The notes under the pieces are model-generated. The model made no database searches and was not told the origin of the DNA. It saw nothing but the letters and a program-made list of their open reading frames with translations. Both the position numbers and the translations under genes were made by a program. From contig MFQC01000003.1 in NCBI GenBank assembly GCA_001784285.1, positions 144,159 through 208,158 of the forward strand: a stretch of 64,000 nucleotides of DNA, given 5' to 3'. How positions within the stretch are numbered: the first letter of the stretch is position 1; each line of letters begins with the position of its first letter. The stretch is from Candidatus Magasanikbacteria bacterium RIFCSPHIGHO2_02_FULL_48_18 (GTDB taxonomy: Bacteria; Patescibacteriota; Patescibacteriia; Magasanikbacterales; UBA922). Below, in pieces: positions 39,920-48,164 of the stretch.

Positions 39920-42006
39920 ATGTCTTTGTTCTTTGCTCCGAGAAAAAACCATGTGCCCGCGCGAAACCATGGCGCCACAAAACGCAACATCACGCGGGTG
40001 ACGGTAATTGCGGAAAACATGCTCGTGAGAATGCCAATAAAGAGCGTAATGGCAAACCCTTGAACAAATCCGGAGCCAAACCACATCAAAACAAGACACG
40101 TGATAAGCGTTGAAAGATTTCCATCCCGAATGGACGGCCATGCTCGCAAAAACCCTTCTTCAATAGCCGCCTTGAGACTTTTTCCATCTTGGAGTTCTTC
40201 TTTGAGCCGTTCAAAAATCAAAACATTTGCGTCAACCGCCATGCCAATTGATAGAATAAAGCCGCCAATGCCGGCCAAGGTCAGCGTGACCCCCACAAAT
40301 TTAAAGAGCGCCAAGGTAAAAAATACATACACGCACAGTGCAATAACAGACAACAATCCCGGAAATCGATAATAGAGCACCATAAACAGCATCACCAAAA
40401 GAACGCCAATAATTCCTGCCATAAGACTCTTTTGGAGCGATTCAGCGCCAAGGGTCGCCCCAACCGATTGTTGCGAAATGAGCTCTACCGGCACGGGCAA
40501 GGCGCCCGCATTCAGCCGCTGAGAGAGCACACGCGCGTCTTCCAGGGTAAAATTACCGGTGATCACGGCCTGGCCGCTCGTGATGGATTGTTGCACCCGA
40601 GGAATGCTGATGGGTTCCCCATCGAGAAAAATCGCCACCGGCTTTCCCACATTTCTTTTTGTGATGTCTGCAAAGAGTGTTGTTCCCTCCTCGTCAAATT
40701 GGAGCGATACTTGAATTTGTCCGGTTTGCTGGTCGGAAACAATTTCCGCTCGATCCAATTGTTTGCCCGATAATCCTGTGTTCATCCAAGGATCGGGCGG
40801 CGGAAGAATGTTTTCCGGGGCAAGAGTCCGAATCAAAATGCGGGACAACTCATATTCTTTGGTTGGGGCCTCATTTGTTTTATAAATAATATGATACCCA
40901 AATTCGGTCAAAATGGGTCCTATAATTTCTCCGACTTTTGCCTGAAACGCGGCATCCTCAAACGCCGGCGTAAAAAGTCCTTTTCCAAAAACGCCAAGCG
41001 CGCCCCCAGTCTCTTCAGCGCCGGGTTCTGTGGAAAATTCTTTTGCCAAATCTGAAAAATTATCCGCGTTTGCCTGTTCAAACAGTTCTTTCGCTTTTTG
41101 TTCGGCTTCTTCTTTGGTGTATTTGGGATCGGCGCATTTTTCAGCGCCGAGAAAACAAATCAAAACATGACTGGCCTCCACTTTTGTTTCTCCATCACGC
41201 GTTTTTCCCAGCCTGACGATATTGTATCCTTCGGGTGATTCCACCACTGTCTTAGGAATCTCGCCTTCTTGCAATTTGGCGAGAACCTCGACAATACCTT
41301 CGTACTGCGGAGTATCCCCGATAAATCCCACATATCCATTGTTGTTTTTTGATTGCTGATCTTCGGAAGATTCCTTGGCAAGCGCGTCAAATGATTCACC
41401 GGATTGTATTTTGAACAAAAGATCGGACGCGCGTTTTTTGGCGTCGCTGTTATATTCGATAATTTGCTGTTGTTCTTCTCCGGTCAATTCACGCGGAGGT
41501 ACTGTGTTTTCTTCTTTAAATTCCAAAATAGGCGTTTCTCCAATCATGGCAATCGCGGCCTGTACATCGGTAACCCCCGGCAGTTCCACCACCAAGCGAT
41601 GCTCGTCGCCAACTTTGGTGGTTTGAACATTAGATTCGCCAATGCCAAATGCATTCACGCGGCGTTCAATAACATCACGAACGCCTTCCAGCGCGTCTCC
41701 GCGGTCCTCATCGGCAAATTGATTGACATCCGCTTTGTAAATGAGATGCGCTCCCCCTTGAAGATCTAGCCCCAAAGAAAATGGCTTTCCTGAAATCGAC
41801 GGAATGGCAAGGGGTAACATACGATTAGCCGCTTGAATTTGTGTATTCACGAATTCCGGAAAATCAAAAGAAAACGCGACGCCGAGCAACGCAAAAATGC
41901 CAAGAATTCCCCATCGAATTTTCGTCCGTACGTGTGATTGTCCGCTGTGCTTGGTCATACCGATGAATAACGGCAGTAGTGTAGCGTTTTGGGTCAATCG
42001 CGTCAA
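39916..42006 (-). CDS. secD: Protein-export membrane protein SecD carrying a ~210-aa insertion with two tandem parvulin (PpiC-type) PPIase-like domains.
   Basis: SecD motifs LGLDLQGGAHLIY..., ...GALPVPVELI... and the C-terminal TM bundle ...VDANVLIFERLKEE.... Inserted parvulin 2 ASHVLICF...GGALGVFGKGLFTPAFEDAAF...FGYHIIYK. Parvulin 1 lacks the His pair (IIEY / GYNIVRL). Confidence 0.85.
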   Translation of the reverse strand: MTRLTQNATLLPLFIGMTKHSGQSHVRTKIRWGILGIFALLGVAFSFDFPEFVNTQIQAANRMLPLAIPSISGKPFSLGLDLQGGAHLIYKADVNQFADEDRGDALEGVRDVIERRVNAFGIGESNVQTTKVGDEHRLVVELPGVTDVQAAIAMIGETPILEFKEENTVPPRELTGEEQQQIIEYNSDAKKRASDLLFKIQSGESFDALAKESSEDQQSKNNNGYVGFIGDTPQYEGIVEVLAKLQEGEIPKTVVESPEGYNIVRLGKTRDGETKVEASHVLICFLGAEKCADPKYTKEEAEQKAKELFEQANADNFSDLAKEFSTEPGAEETGGALGVFGKGLFTPAFEDAAFQAKVGEIIGPILTEFGYHIIYKTNEAPTKEYELSRILIRTLAPENILPPPDPWMNTGLSGKQLDRAEIVSDQQTGQIQVSLQFDEEGTTLFADITKRNVGKPVAIFLDGEPISIPRVQQSITSGQAVITGNFTLEDARVLSQRLNAGALPVPVELISQQSVGATLGAESLQKSLMAGIIGVLLVMLFMVLYYRFPGLLSVIALCVYVFFTLALFKFVGVTLTLAGIGGFILSIGMAVDANVLIFERLKEELQDGKSLKAAIEEGFLRAWPSIRDGNLSTLITCLVLMWFGSGFVQGFAITLFIGILTSMFSAITVTRVMLRFVAPWFRAGTWFFLGAKNKDI

Positions 42007-42032
42007 CCCGCCTTATACACATCAAAAAGAAA

Positions 42033-44861
42033 TTACGCGCCGTGGCAACGTTTGTATTTGCGGCCGGATCCACAGGGACATGGATCGTTGCGACCGATTT
42101 TTTTTCCTTCCTCATCTCGCGGCTTATGGTCTATCCGGACTGATTCTGGCGCCTCAGATTTTTTTGCGCCTTGAAGCGTCATCTTATCGGTCGCCATAAT
42201 AGTAGGGGCGAGCTGAATCCCTGCCCCAATTTTGAAAAATGAATATACCACTTCTTTTTGGATATTTGCCAGCAATTCGTGAAACAGATGATAGGACTCT
42301 TTTTTGTATTCGACCAAAGGGTCCCGCTGGCCATAGCCGCGCAAACCGATACCCGTCCGAAGATAATCGATGGAAATAAGATGCTCAACCCAAAGCGTAT
42401 CAATCGCGCGCAACAGAATATTTTTTTCAATCGCCCGCATGTGTTCTTGTGCGTGGACAGTGTCTTCCACAGAACGGAAAACAGCCTCTTCCACCTTTTC
42501 ATACTCTTGCCGCGCTTTTTGAAACAAATAGTCCACCATCGCGTCACGCGCTTTCACATTATCAAATTTTTCTCCGCGCTCAGCCTTGATATCGTGAATC
42601 GCGCGTTCGTCTTCCGGTTCAAGCGGAAAAATTGTTTTCATGGTTTCAATGATTTCTTGGATGTTCCACCCGTTTTTTTCTGACACGTCGCTTGCCGATG
42701 TTTCTGATACATTCACTTCATTGGTATGAAAACTGACCACAAATTCAATCTCTTCTTCAATCATGTCTAGAATCATGTCTTTTAAATGAGCGTACGCCTT
42801 TTGGTCGTCTTCCACCGATCCGGCACCCGCAGGCGCACTCACAGAGGCACCGTCTTGAGACCCCTGTTCTTTGAGGGCAACCTCTAAAATTTGTCTCCGC
42901 TTGCCATAAATAACCGCGCGGTGGCGATTGAGAACATCATCATATTGGAGGACGTGTTTTCGCGAATCAAAATGAAATCCCTCCACTTTTTTTTGTGCGC
43001 TTTCAAGCATGCGGCTGATCATTTTTTGTTCAATGGGGACATCTTCCGGAAGCTGAAACCGATTCATAACTGCCTGAAGCCGATCGCCGGCAAAAATGCG
43101 CATCAGATCGTCTTGAGTCGACACAAAAAATTGTGTTTCCCCGGGATCTCCCTGGCGCGCCGACCGGCCGCGAAGCTGATTGTCAATACGGCGAGACTCG
43201 TGTCTCTCCGTTCCAAGCACGAATAAGCCCCCGGCGGCAAGAACCTCAGCCTCTTCCGCTTGATCAACCGGATTGCCCCCAAGCTTGATATCCACTCCGC
43301 GTCCTGCCATGTTGGTTGCAAGGGTGACACTGCCCGGCCGCCCCGCTTGAGCGATAATTTCTCCTTCTCGTTCATGATTTTTTGCATTGAGCACCTGATG
43401 CACAATCCCCTCTCCGGTCAAAAATAAGCTCAGCTCTTCGTTTTTTTCCACCGAAATCGTTCCAACCAAGACCGGCTGTCCCTTTGCCTGACACTCACGA
43501 ATTTTTTCGGCCACGGCTCGATATTTTGCTTTATTATGTTTATAAATACGATCGGAATGGTCAATACGATGATCAAGCTTGTTGGTCGGAATAACAAATA
43601 CCTCCAACCCATAAATTTTGAAAAACTCTTCTTCTTCTGTCTTTGCCGTACCCGTCATGCCGGAAAGTTTTCGATACATGCGGAATAAGTTCTGAAAGGT
43701 GATCGTCGCAAGGGTCTGGCTTTCTCGTTGAATCGCGACGCCTTCCTTGGCCTCAATGGCTTGGTGGAGTCCTTCGGAATATCGTCTCCCGGGCATTTTT
43801 CTTCCGGTAAATTCGTCAATAATAATGACCTCGTCATTGTCAACGACGTATTCTTTATCCCGCTTAAATAGATATTCGGCCTTAAGCGCCTGTTCAATAT
43901 GATGGAGCATGCGGATGCCGCCCTCGACATAGAGATTCTCTACTCCCAGCCACTGTTCAAACTGAACAACACCATGATCGGTCAGAGTCGCGGATCGCAT
44001 TTTTTCGTCAATATTGTAATCTTCATTTTCTTTCAGCTGTTTGACCAGCTGAGCAAAGCGATAATACTGCTCGGTTGCTTCTTCGGCCGGCGAGGAAATA
44101 ATGAGCGGCGTTCGCGCTTCATCAACGAGAATAGAGTCAATTTCATCAATAATCGCATAATGCATCTCGCTCCCCGGACGCATCACCATTTGGGAAAAAT
44201 CCTGAACCATGTTGTCGCGCAAATAATCAAACCCAAATTCATTGTTGGTCCCGTAAGTAATATCCGCGCGATAGGCTTCTTGACGCGTACACGGACGCAA
44301 ATACTCATCTTCAATCTTGAAACTTTCTTTTTGGTCGGGAGCAAGCGGGCCGACGTCTGATGTCTTGTCATAGAGATATGTCACCCGCTGATTTTGAATA
44401 ATCCCGACGCTCATCCCTAAAAAATCATAAATTTTCCCCATCCATACCGCATCTCGTTTTGCGAGGTAGTCATTGACCGTCACGACGTGCACTCCTTTTC
44501 CTTCAAGCGCATTCAAATACACCGGCAACGTCGCAACCAATGTTTTTCCTTCGCCGGTTCTCATCTCGGCAATTTTTCCTTGATGCAATGCTACGCCTCC
44601 GACGAGTTGAACGTCAAAATGGCGCATTCCGGTGGTGCGTTTTGACGCTTCGCGAACGGCCGCAAACGCCTCCGGGAGAATGTGGTCGAGTGTCTCCCCT
44701 TTGGCCACTCTTTCTTTGAATTCCCCTGTTTTTGCGCGAAGCTGGTCGTCGGTCAACGCGGCAAATGGTGATTCAAACCCATTAATCATTTCAACCATCG
44801 GCTGTAATTTTTTCAACATTTTTTTATTGGGATCTCCGGTAAAAATGTAGTGCCAATTCAT
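42033..44861 (-). CDS. secA: Preprotein translocase ATPase SecA.
   Basis: 942 aa. ...MRHFDVQLVGG...GEGKTLVATLP... C-terminal Zn finger CPCGSGRKYKRCHG. Confidence 0.9.
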   Translation of the reverse strand: MNWHYIFTGDPNKKMLKKLQPMVEMINGFESPFAALTDDQLRAKTGEFKERVAKGETLDHILPEAFAAVREASKRTTGMRHFDVQLVGGVALHQGKIAEMRTGEGKTLVATLPVYLNALEGKGVHVVTVNDYLAKRDAVWMGKIYDFLGMSVGIIQNQRVTYLYDKTSDVGPLAPDQKESFKIEDEYLRPCTRQEAYRADITYGTNNEFGFDYLRDNMVQDFSQMVMRPGSEMHYAIIDEIDSILVDEARTPLIISSPAEEATEQYYRFAQLVKQLKENEDYNIDEKMRSATLTDHGVVQFEQWLGVENLYVEGGIRMLHHIEQALKAEYLFKRDKEYVVDNDEVIIIDEFTGRKMPGRRYSEGLHQAIEAKEGVAIQRESQTLATITFQNLFRMYRKLSGMTGTAKTEEEEFFKIYGLEVFVIPTNKLDHRIDHSDRIYKHNKAKYRAVAEKIRECQAKGQPVLVGTISVEKNEELSLFLTGEGIVHQVLNAKNHEREGEIIAQAGRPGSVTLATNMAGRGVDIKLGGNPVDQAEEAEVLAAGGLFVLGTERHESRRIDNQLRGRSARQGDPGETQFFVSTQDDLMRIFAGDRLQAVMNRFQLPEDVPIEQKMISRMLESAQKKVEGFHFDSRKHVLQYDDVLNRHRAVIYGKRRQILEVALKEQGSQDGASVSAPAGAGSVEDDQKAYAHLKDMILDMIEEEIEFVVSFHTNEVNVSETSASDVSEKNGWNIQEIIETMKTIFPLEPEDERAIHDIKAERGEKFDNVKARDAMVDYLFQKARQEYEKVEEAVFRSVEDTVHAQEHMRAIEKNILLRAIDTLWVEHLISIDYLRTGIGLRGYGQRDPLVEYKKESYHLFHELLANIQKEVVYSFFKIGAGIQLAPTIMATDKMTLQGAKKSEAPESVRIDHKPRDEEGKKIGRNDPCPCGSGRKYKRCHGA

Positions 44862-44946
44862 AAAAAATTCCTTATTCAGACAAAAAAGAACAAGGCGAAG
44901 TATAGCACCCTGTCCCTTGTTTGTCTATATCTGCGATAGAAGGGTT

Positions 44947-45291
44947 TTATTGCTGGTATTCCTTATTTCCTCGAAGAGTCTTTTTGTCCCTTTCTCTCAT
45001 TTTACCCTTCATGCGTTCCAGCTCTACTTTGAGGTGATCTTTCACTTTATCAATGGCTTTGTACAAATCTTCCGCGTCTTTTACCACCCGAAGCACTTTT
45101 CCGGGGACATGAAGATTGACTTCCGCATAATACACTTTCCCTTTTTGATGATGATTGCCGCGTGTTCCGACGTCTATCTGCGCTTTTTGGATATTATCAA
45201 AATATTTTATAAGACTCTCACATTTTTCCGTGGCATATGCCTTGATAGGGTCTGTCATATCAATACCGGTTCCATGGATTGTGATAACCAT
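44947..45291 (-). CDS. hpf: Ribosome hibernation promoting factor / ribosome-associated inhibitor (RaiA/HPF), short form.
   Basis: MVITIHGTGIDMTDPIKAYATEKCESLIKYFDNIQKAQIDV...YAEVNLHVPGKVLRV is canonical. Confidence 0.8.
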   Translation of the reverse strand: MVITIHGTGIDMTDPIKAYATEKCESLIKYFDNIQKAQIDVGTRGNHHQKGKVYYAEVNLHVPGKVLRVVKDAEDLYKAIDKVKDHLKVELERMKGKMRERDKKTLRGNKEYQQ

Positions 45292-45329
45292 AAAGAAATA
45301 CTTATATCAAAAATATCTTTTATCTCATT

Positions 45330-46316
45330 TCATTCAATTCGCTGGATCTCTTCCTCAAGCGTAATTCCATATTGAGTATAGACGGTTTCTTGTATCATTT
45401 CAATAAGAGAAAAAACATCTGTTGCGCTGGCGCCTCCGGTATTCACAATAAAATTACCATGTTTTTCACTCACCTTTGCGCCGCCAATCTGCGCCCCTTT
45501 GAGACCTGCCTGTTCCACGAGCCAGCCGGCAGGGATAACTTTTTTTTCTTGAAACACGACGGGAATTTCGATGTTCTTTACGGAAAGAAGTGATGGATCG
45601 TCGAGAAGAACATTTTTAAAAATGCATCCGCTCGATGACCACCCTTGCGGCTGTGTCTTGTTTCGATACGCCAAATGATTGAGCACCTCTTTCATTCCCT
45701 GCGCATCTGCCGCGGGTGTGAGCTGAAGTGTCGCTTCCAAAATACAATCATGATTGCGCTTAAAAATACTGTCGCGATACCCAAACACGCATGCCGCGTT
45801 TGACAGGTTCATAACGCCCCCGTCACGCAAAACCTCAATCGAGACAACCACATCTTTCATTTCTCCTCCCATTGCTCCCGCGTTTCCTCGAACCGCGCCT
45901 CCAATGGTTCCCGGGACTCCAACGCCCCAGGCAAAACCGGTGAGCCCGGCTTTGGCGCTCGCATGCGCGATCTCTACCGTGGCGCATCCGGCGGCGGCGC
46001 GAATGGTAACGCCATCAACATGATACGCCGTGTCGCGCATCTGTATGATAACGCCTCGAAATCCATCGTCAGAGGCCACAACATTTGTGCCTTGACCGAG
46101 GAGCATATAATCAATCCCCTCTTCTTCGAGGAAACGGACCGCTTGAATGAATGACTCCTTCGTATCAATGATGGCAAAAAAATCAGCCGGGCCGCCGAGT
46201 TTAAAACTGGTATGTTTGGACAATGGCTCGTTGTATTTGACGTGGCCAAATTGTTTGAGTTTGGAATACAGTTCTGTCATGAGGGTAGTATAGTTTTCAA
46301 ACGCGGTGTCTGTCAA
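45330..46316 (-). CDS. murB: UDP-N-acetylenolpyruvoylglucosamine reductase.
   Basis: ...HTSFKLGGPADFF...LGQGTNVV... FAD-binding PCMH domain plus the MurB C-terminal domain. Confidence 0.85.
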   Translation of the reverse strand: MTDTAFENYTTLMTELYSKLKQFGHVKYNEPLSKHTSFKLGGPADFFAIIDTKESFIQAVRFLEEEGIDYMLLGQGTNVVASDDGFRGVIIQMRDTAYHVDGVTIRAAAGCATVEIAHASAKAGLTGFAWGVGVPGTIGGAVRGNAGAMGGEMKDVVVSIEVLRDGGVMNLSNAACVFGYRDSIFKRNHDCILEATLQLTPAADAQGMKEVLNHLAYRNKTQPQGWSSSGCIFKNVLLDDPSLLSVKNIEIPVVFQEKKVIPAGWLVEQAGLKGAQIGGAKVSEKHGNFIVNTGGASATDVFSLIEMIQETVYTQYGITLEEEIQRIE

Positions 46317-46322
46317 AACCCG

Positions 46323-47690
46323 TCATGATAATAAAAAAGAACGCCCCCGCCGTATTTTTTGATGAGCAATGGCAAAACGATGCGCTTCATCCCGTACATG
46401 GATCAATACTTTTTTATTTCGATACACCCACCGCACAAACGCGGAATTTTTCTCGCCAAGAACAAACTCGTTCTTTTTTCTGTCCGGTCCTTTGGCAATG
46501 CCAACAACGGGAATATCAATTTGTTTCTCCGCAAAAATTTTTTTCACGCAATTCACTTGCGGCTTTCCGCCGTCAACCAAAAAGACATTCGGCAAAGGCC
46601 ACTCTTGACTTTTGACAGTTGACTTTTGACAGTTGACTTTTGACGCCATTGACTCTGAGGTCTGACAACTGGTGAGCACATGCTTCAGCCGCCGCTCTAT
46701 CACTTCGGCCAGACAATCCACATCGCTCTGCCCTTTGACCGTTCGTATCGTAAAATGGCGGTATTCTTTTTTGTCGGGCATTCCATTTATAAAAACAACC
46801 ATCGATCCAACTTTGCCGGCCGATCCAAAATTGGAAATATCGTATCCTTCAATGCGCCCGTACTCAGCGGCTGTCCCATGCGTCAGAGGATCATGGACAA
46901 ACGACGCATTGAGCAAGGCAATATCTTGAATGCGTTGCAATGACGCAATCTGATCGTGCAAACGAGCCGCTTCTTCAAAGTCATGATTCTTGGACGCTTC
47001 ACGCATGTGTGTTCCCAATGTTTTGATCAATCGCTTTTTTCCTCCTCTTAAAAACGTACGAAGCGGCTGGATCACTTTTTCTGTATATTCTTTTGAGGAA
47101 ATTTTTCCGGTGCAAACGCCGAGACACTCGCCAATTTGATAATAAAAACAAGGCTTTTTTTTTGACAATTGACTTTTTTGTTGTTTTTGACACGTTGAAA
47201 AGAAAAATAATCGGCGAAGGAGCGTCATCGTTGCTTTGGTATTAAGTCCAGGATATGGACCAAACATAAACGCAAACTGCTTTTTTCGTAATTTCGTACG
47301 ATTCGTAATTTCGTACATGCTCTTCAATTCATGCGCCCGTATCGGAATTACCTGGGGAAATTCCTCTTTTGTCATGACAATATAATTCCAACTTTTGTCG
47401 TCCTTCCCATCCACGTTATATTTGGGCTGATATTTTTTGATAGCATTGGCTTCTAAAATAATTGCTTCCAAAACTGAATCGGTTTGTCTCCAATCAATAC
47501 AGCCAACCTCATGAATCATGTGTTCAATCGGACGCGGGGTTCGCGCGCCGGCAAAATACGAACGCACGCGATTGCGAAGCGATGTGGCCTTTCCGACATA
47601 GATCAATTCTTTTTTGCGGCTATAAAAAAGATAGATGCCCGGCGCATCGGGCAGGTCGGAAAGCGCTGTCTCAATGTTTTTTTGCGTCAT
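46323..47690 (-). CDS. uvrC: Excinuclease ABC subunit C, truncated form lacking the C-terminal (HhH)2 domain.
   Basis: GIY-YIG N-terminus (GIYLFYSRKKELIYVGKATSLRNR). UvrB-interaction helix HDFEEAARLHDQIASLQ. RNase H-like endonuclease domain ending ...HVRDEAHRFAIAHQK. The ORF stops about 150 aa short of canonical UvrC. Confidence 0.8.
   Translation of the reverse strand: MTQKNIETALSDLPDAPGIYLFYSRKKELIYVGKATSLRNRVRSYFAGARTPRPIEHMIHEVGCIDWRQTDSVLEAIILEANAIKKYQPKYNVDGKDDKSWNYIVMTKEEFPQVIPIRAHELKSMYEITNRTKLRKKQFAFMFGPYPGLNTKATMTLLRRLFFFSTCQKQQKSQLSKKKPCFYYQIGECLGVCTGKISSKEYTEKVIQPLRTFLRGGKKRLIKTLGTHMREASKNHDFEEAARLHDQIASLQRIQDIALLNASFVHDPLTHGTAAEYGRIEGYDISNFGSAGKVGSMVVFINGMPDKKEYRHFTIRTVKGQSDVDCLAEVIERRLKHVLTSCQTSESMASKVNCQKSTVKSQEWPLPNVFLVDGGKPQVNCVKKIFAEKQIDIPVVGIAKGPDRKKNEFVLGEKNSAFVRWVYRNKKVLIHVRDEAHRFAIAHQKIRRGRSFLLS
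46605..46646. repeat. Three tandem 14-nt repeats (ttgacttttgacag x3) lying inside uvrC and kept in frame.
   Basis: Three direct copies; the third ends ...gacgc. Total length 42 nt, so the reading frame is kept. Encodes KVNCQKSTVKSQ in the UvrC linker. Confidence 0.6.
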
Positions 47691-47813
47691 ATTAAAACGT
47701 CATTGGCACTTTTTTCATCTTCGCATAATGGACCGACACAACAGTAACCACTATAAGCAAAAGCAAAACGGATTAAGAGATTATACGTGAAGAAAAAAAT
47801 ATCCACAATATAT

Positions 47814-47841
47814 TTGACGAAATTTTCAAAAAGGGTATACT
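47814..47841 (+). promoter_or_regulatory. Sigma70-like promoter (TTGACG-16-TATACT) pointing rightward into the uvrC/foreign-gene intergenic region.
   Basis: -35 TTGACG at 47814-47819. 16-nt spacer. -10 TATACT at 47836-47841. Confidence 0.3.
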
Positions 47842-47947
47842 TCTTCTGTTATGATTTTTAAATCGCGACAATCCGTTCAAGCCGCATATTATTACAACAG
47901 CTCCGCGCTAGGGTTGTTGTAATTCTTGACATTTTTTGTCAGTATAG

Positions 47948-47975
47948 CCGCCCTAGCCGGGCGGTTTTTTTTATT
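47948..47975 (+). terminator. Rho-independent terminator.
   Basis: ccgccc-tagcc-gggcgg followed by a 9-T run. Confidence 0.55.
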
Positions 47976-48040
47976 CGAAAATGCACTTGGCGCCTGAATG
48001 TTTCAGGAGCCGACCACATTTCCGAAACCAAAACCATAAC

Positions 48041-48148
48041 AGCACTTTCGCGTTTGATTGCCTTCGAGCGGGTTCTGTCTCCGCAACGGAGACAGCCCTG
48101 AGCCGATACAGGCGAAGAAAGCGAGAAGGCTATCAACGCGAAAGTGCT
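48041..48148 (+). promoter_or_regulatory. Structured ~110-nt leader or MITE-like element bounded by a perfect 14-bp inverted repeat, immediately upstream of the RBS of the GC-rich gene.
   Basis: agcactttcgcgtt (48041-48054) and aacgcgaaagtgct (48135-48148) are perfectly complementary. Internal 9-bp hairpin ctgtctccg-caa-cggagacag (48075-48095). GGAGG RBS at 48154-48158. Confidence 0.4.
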
Positions 48149-48164
48149 ACAGAGGAGGAAAAAA

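Noticed and set aside
46605-46646. Possible CRISPR-like repeats.
   Set aside because: They are only three abutting 14-nt copies with no spacers, lying inside a coding frame. No other regularly spaced direct repeats or cas genes were found anywhere in the window.
47926-47945. Second promoter-like TTGACA box just upstream of the terminator.
   Set aside because: No acceptable -10 element lies at 16-18 nt spacing (the spacer to TATAGC is only about 11 nt).
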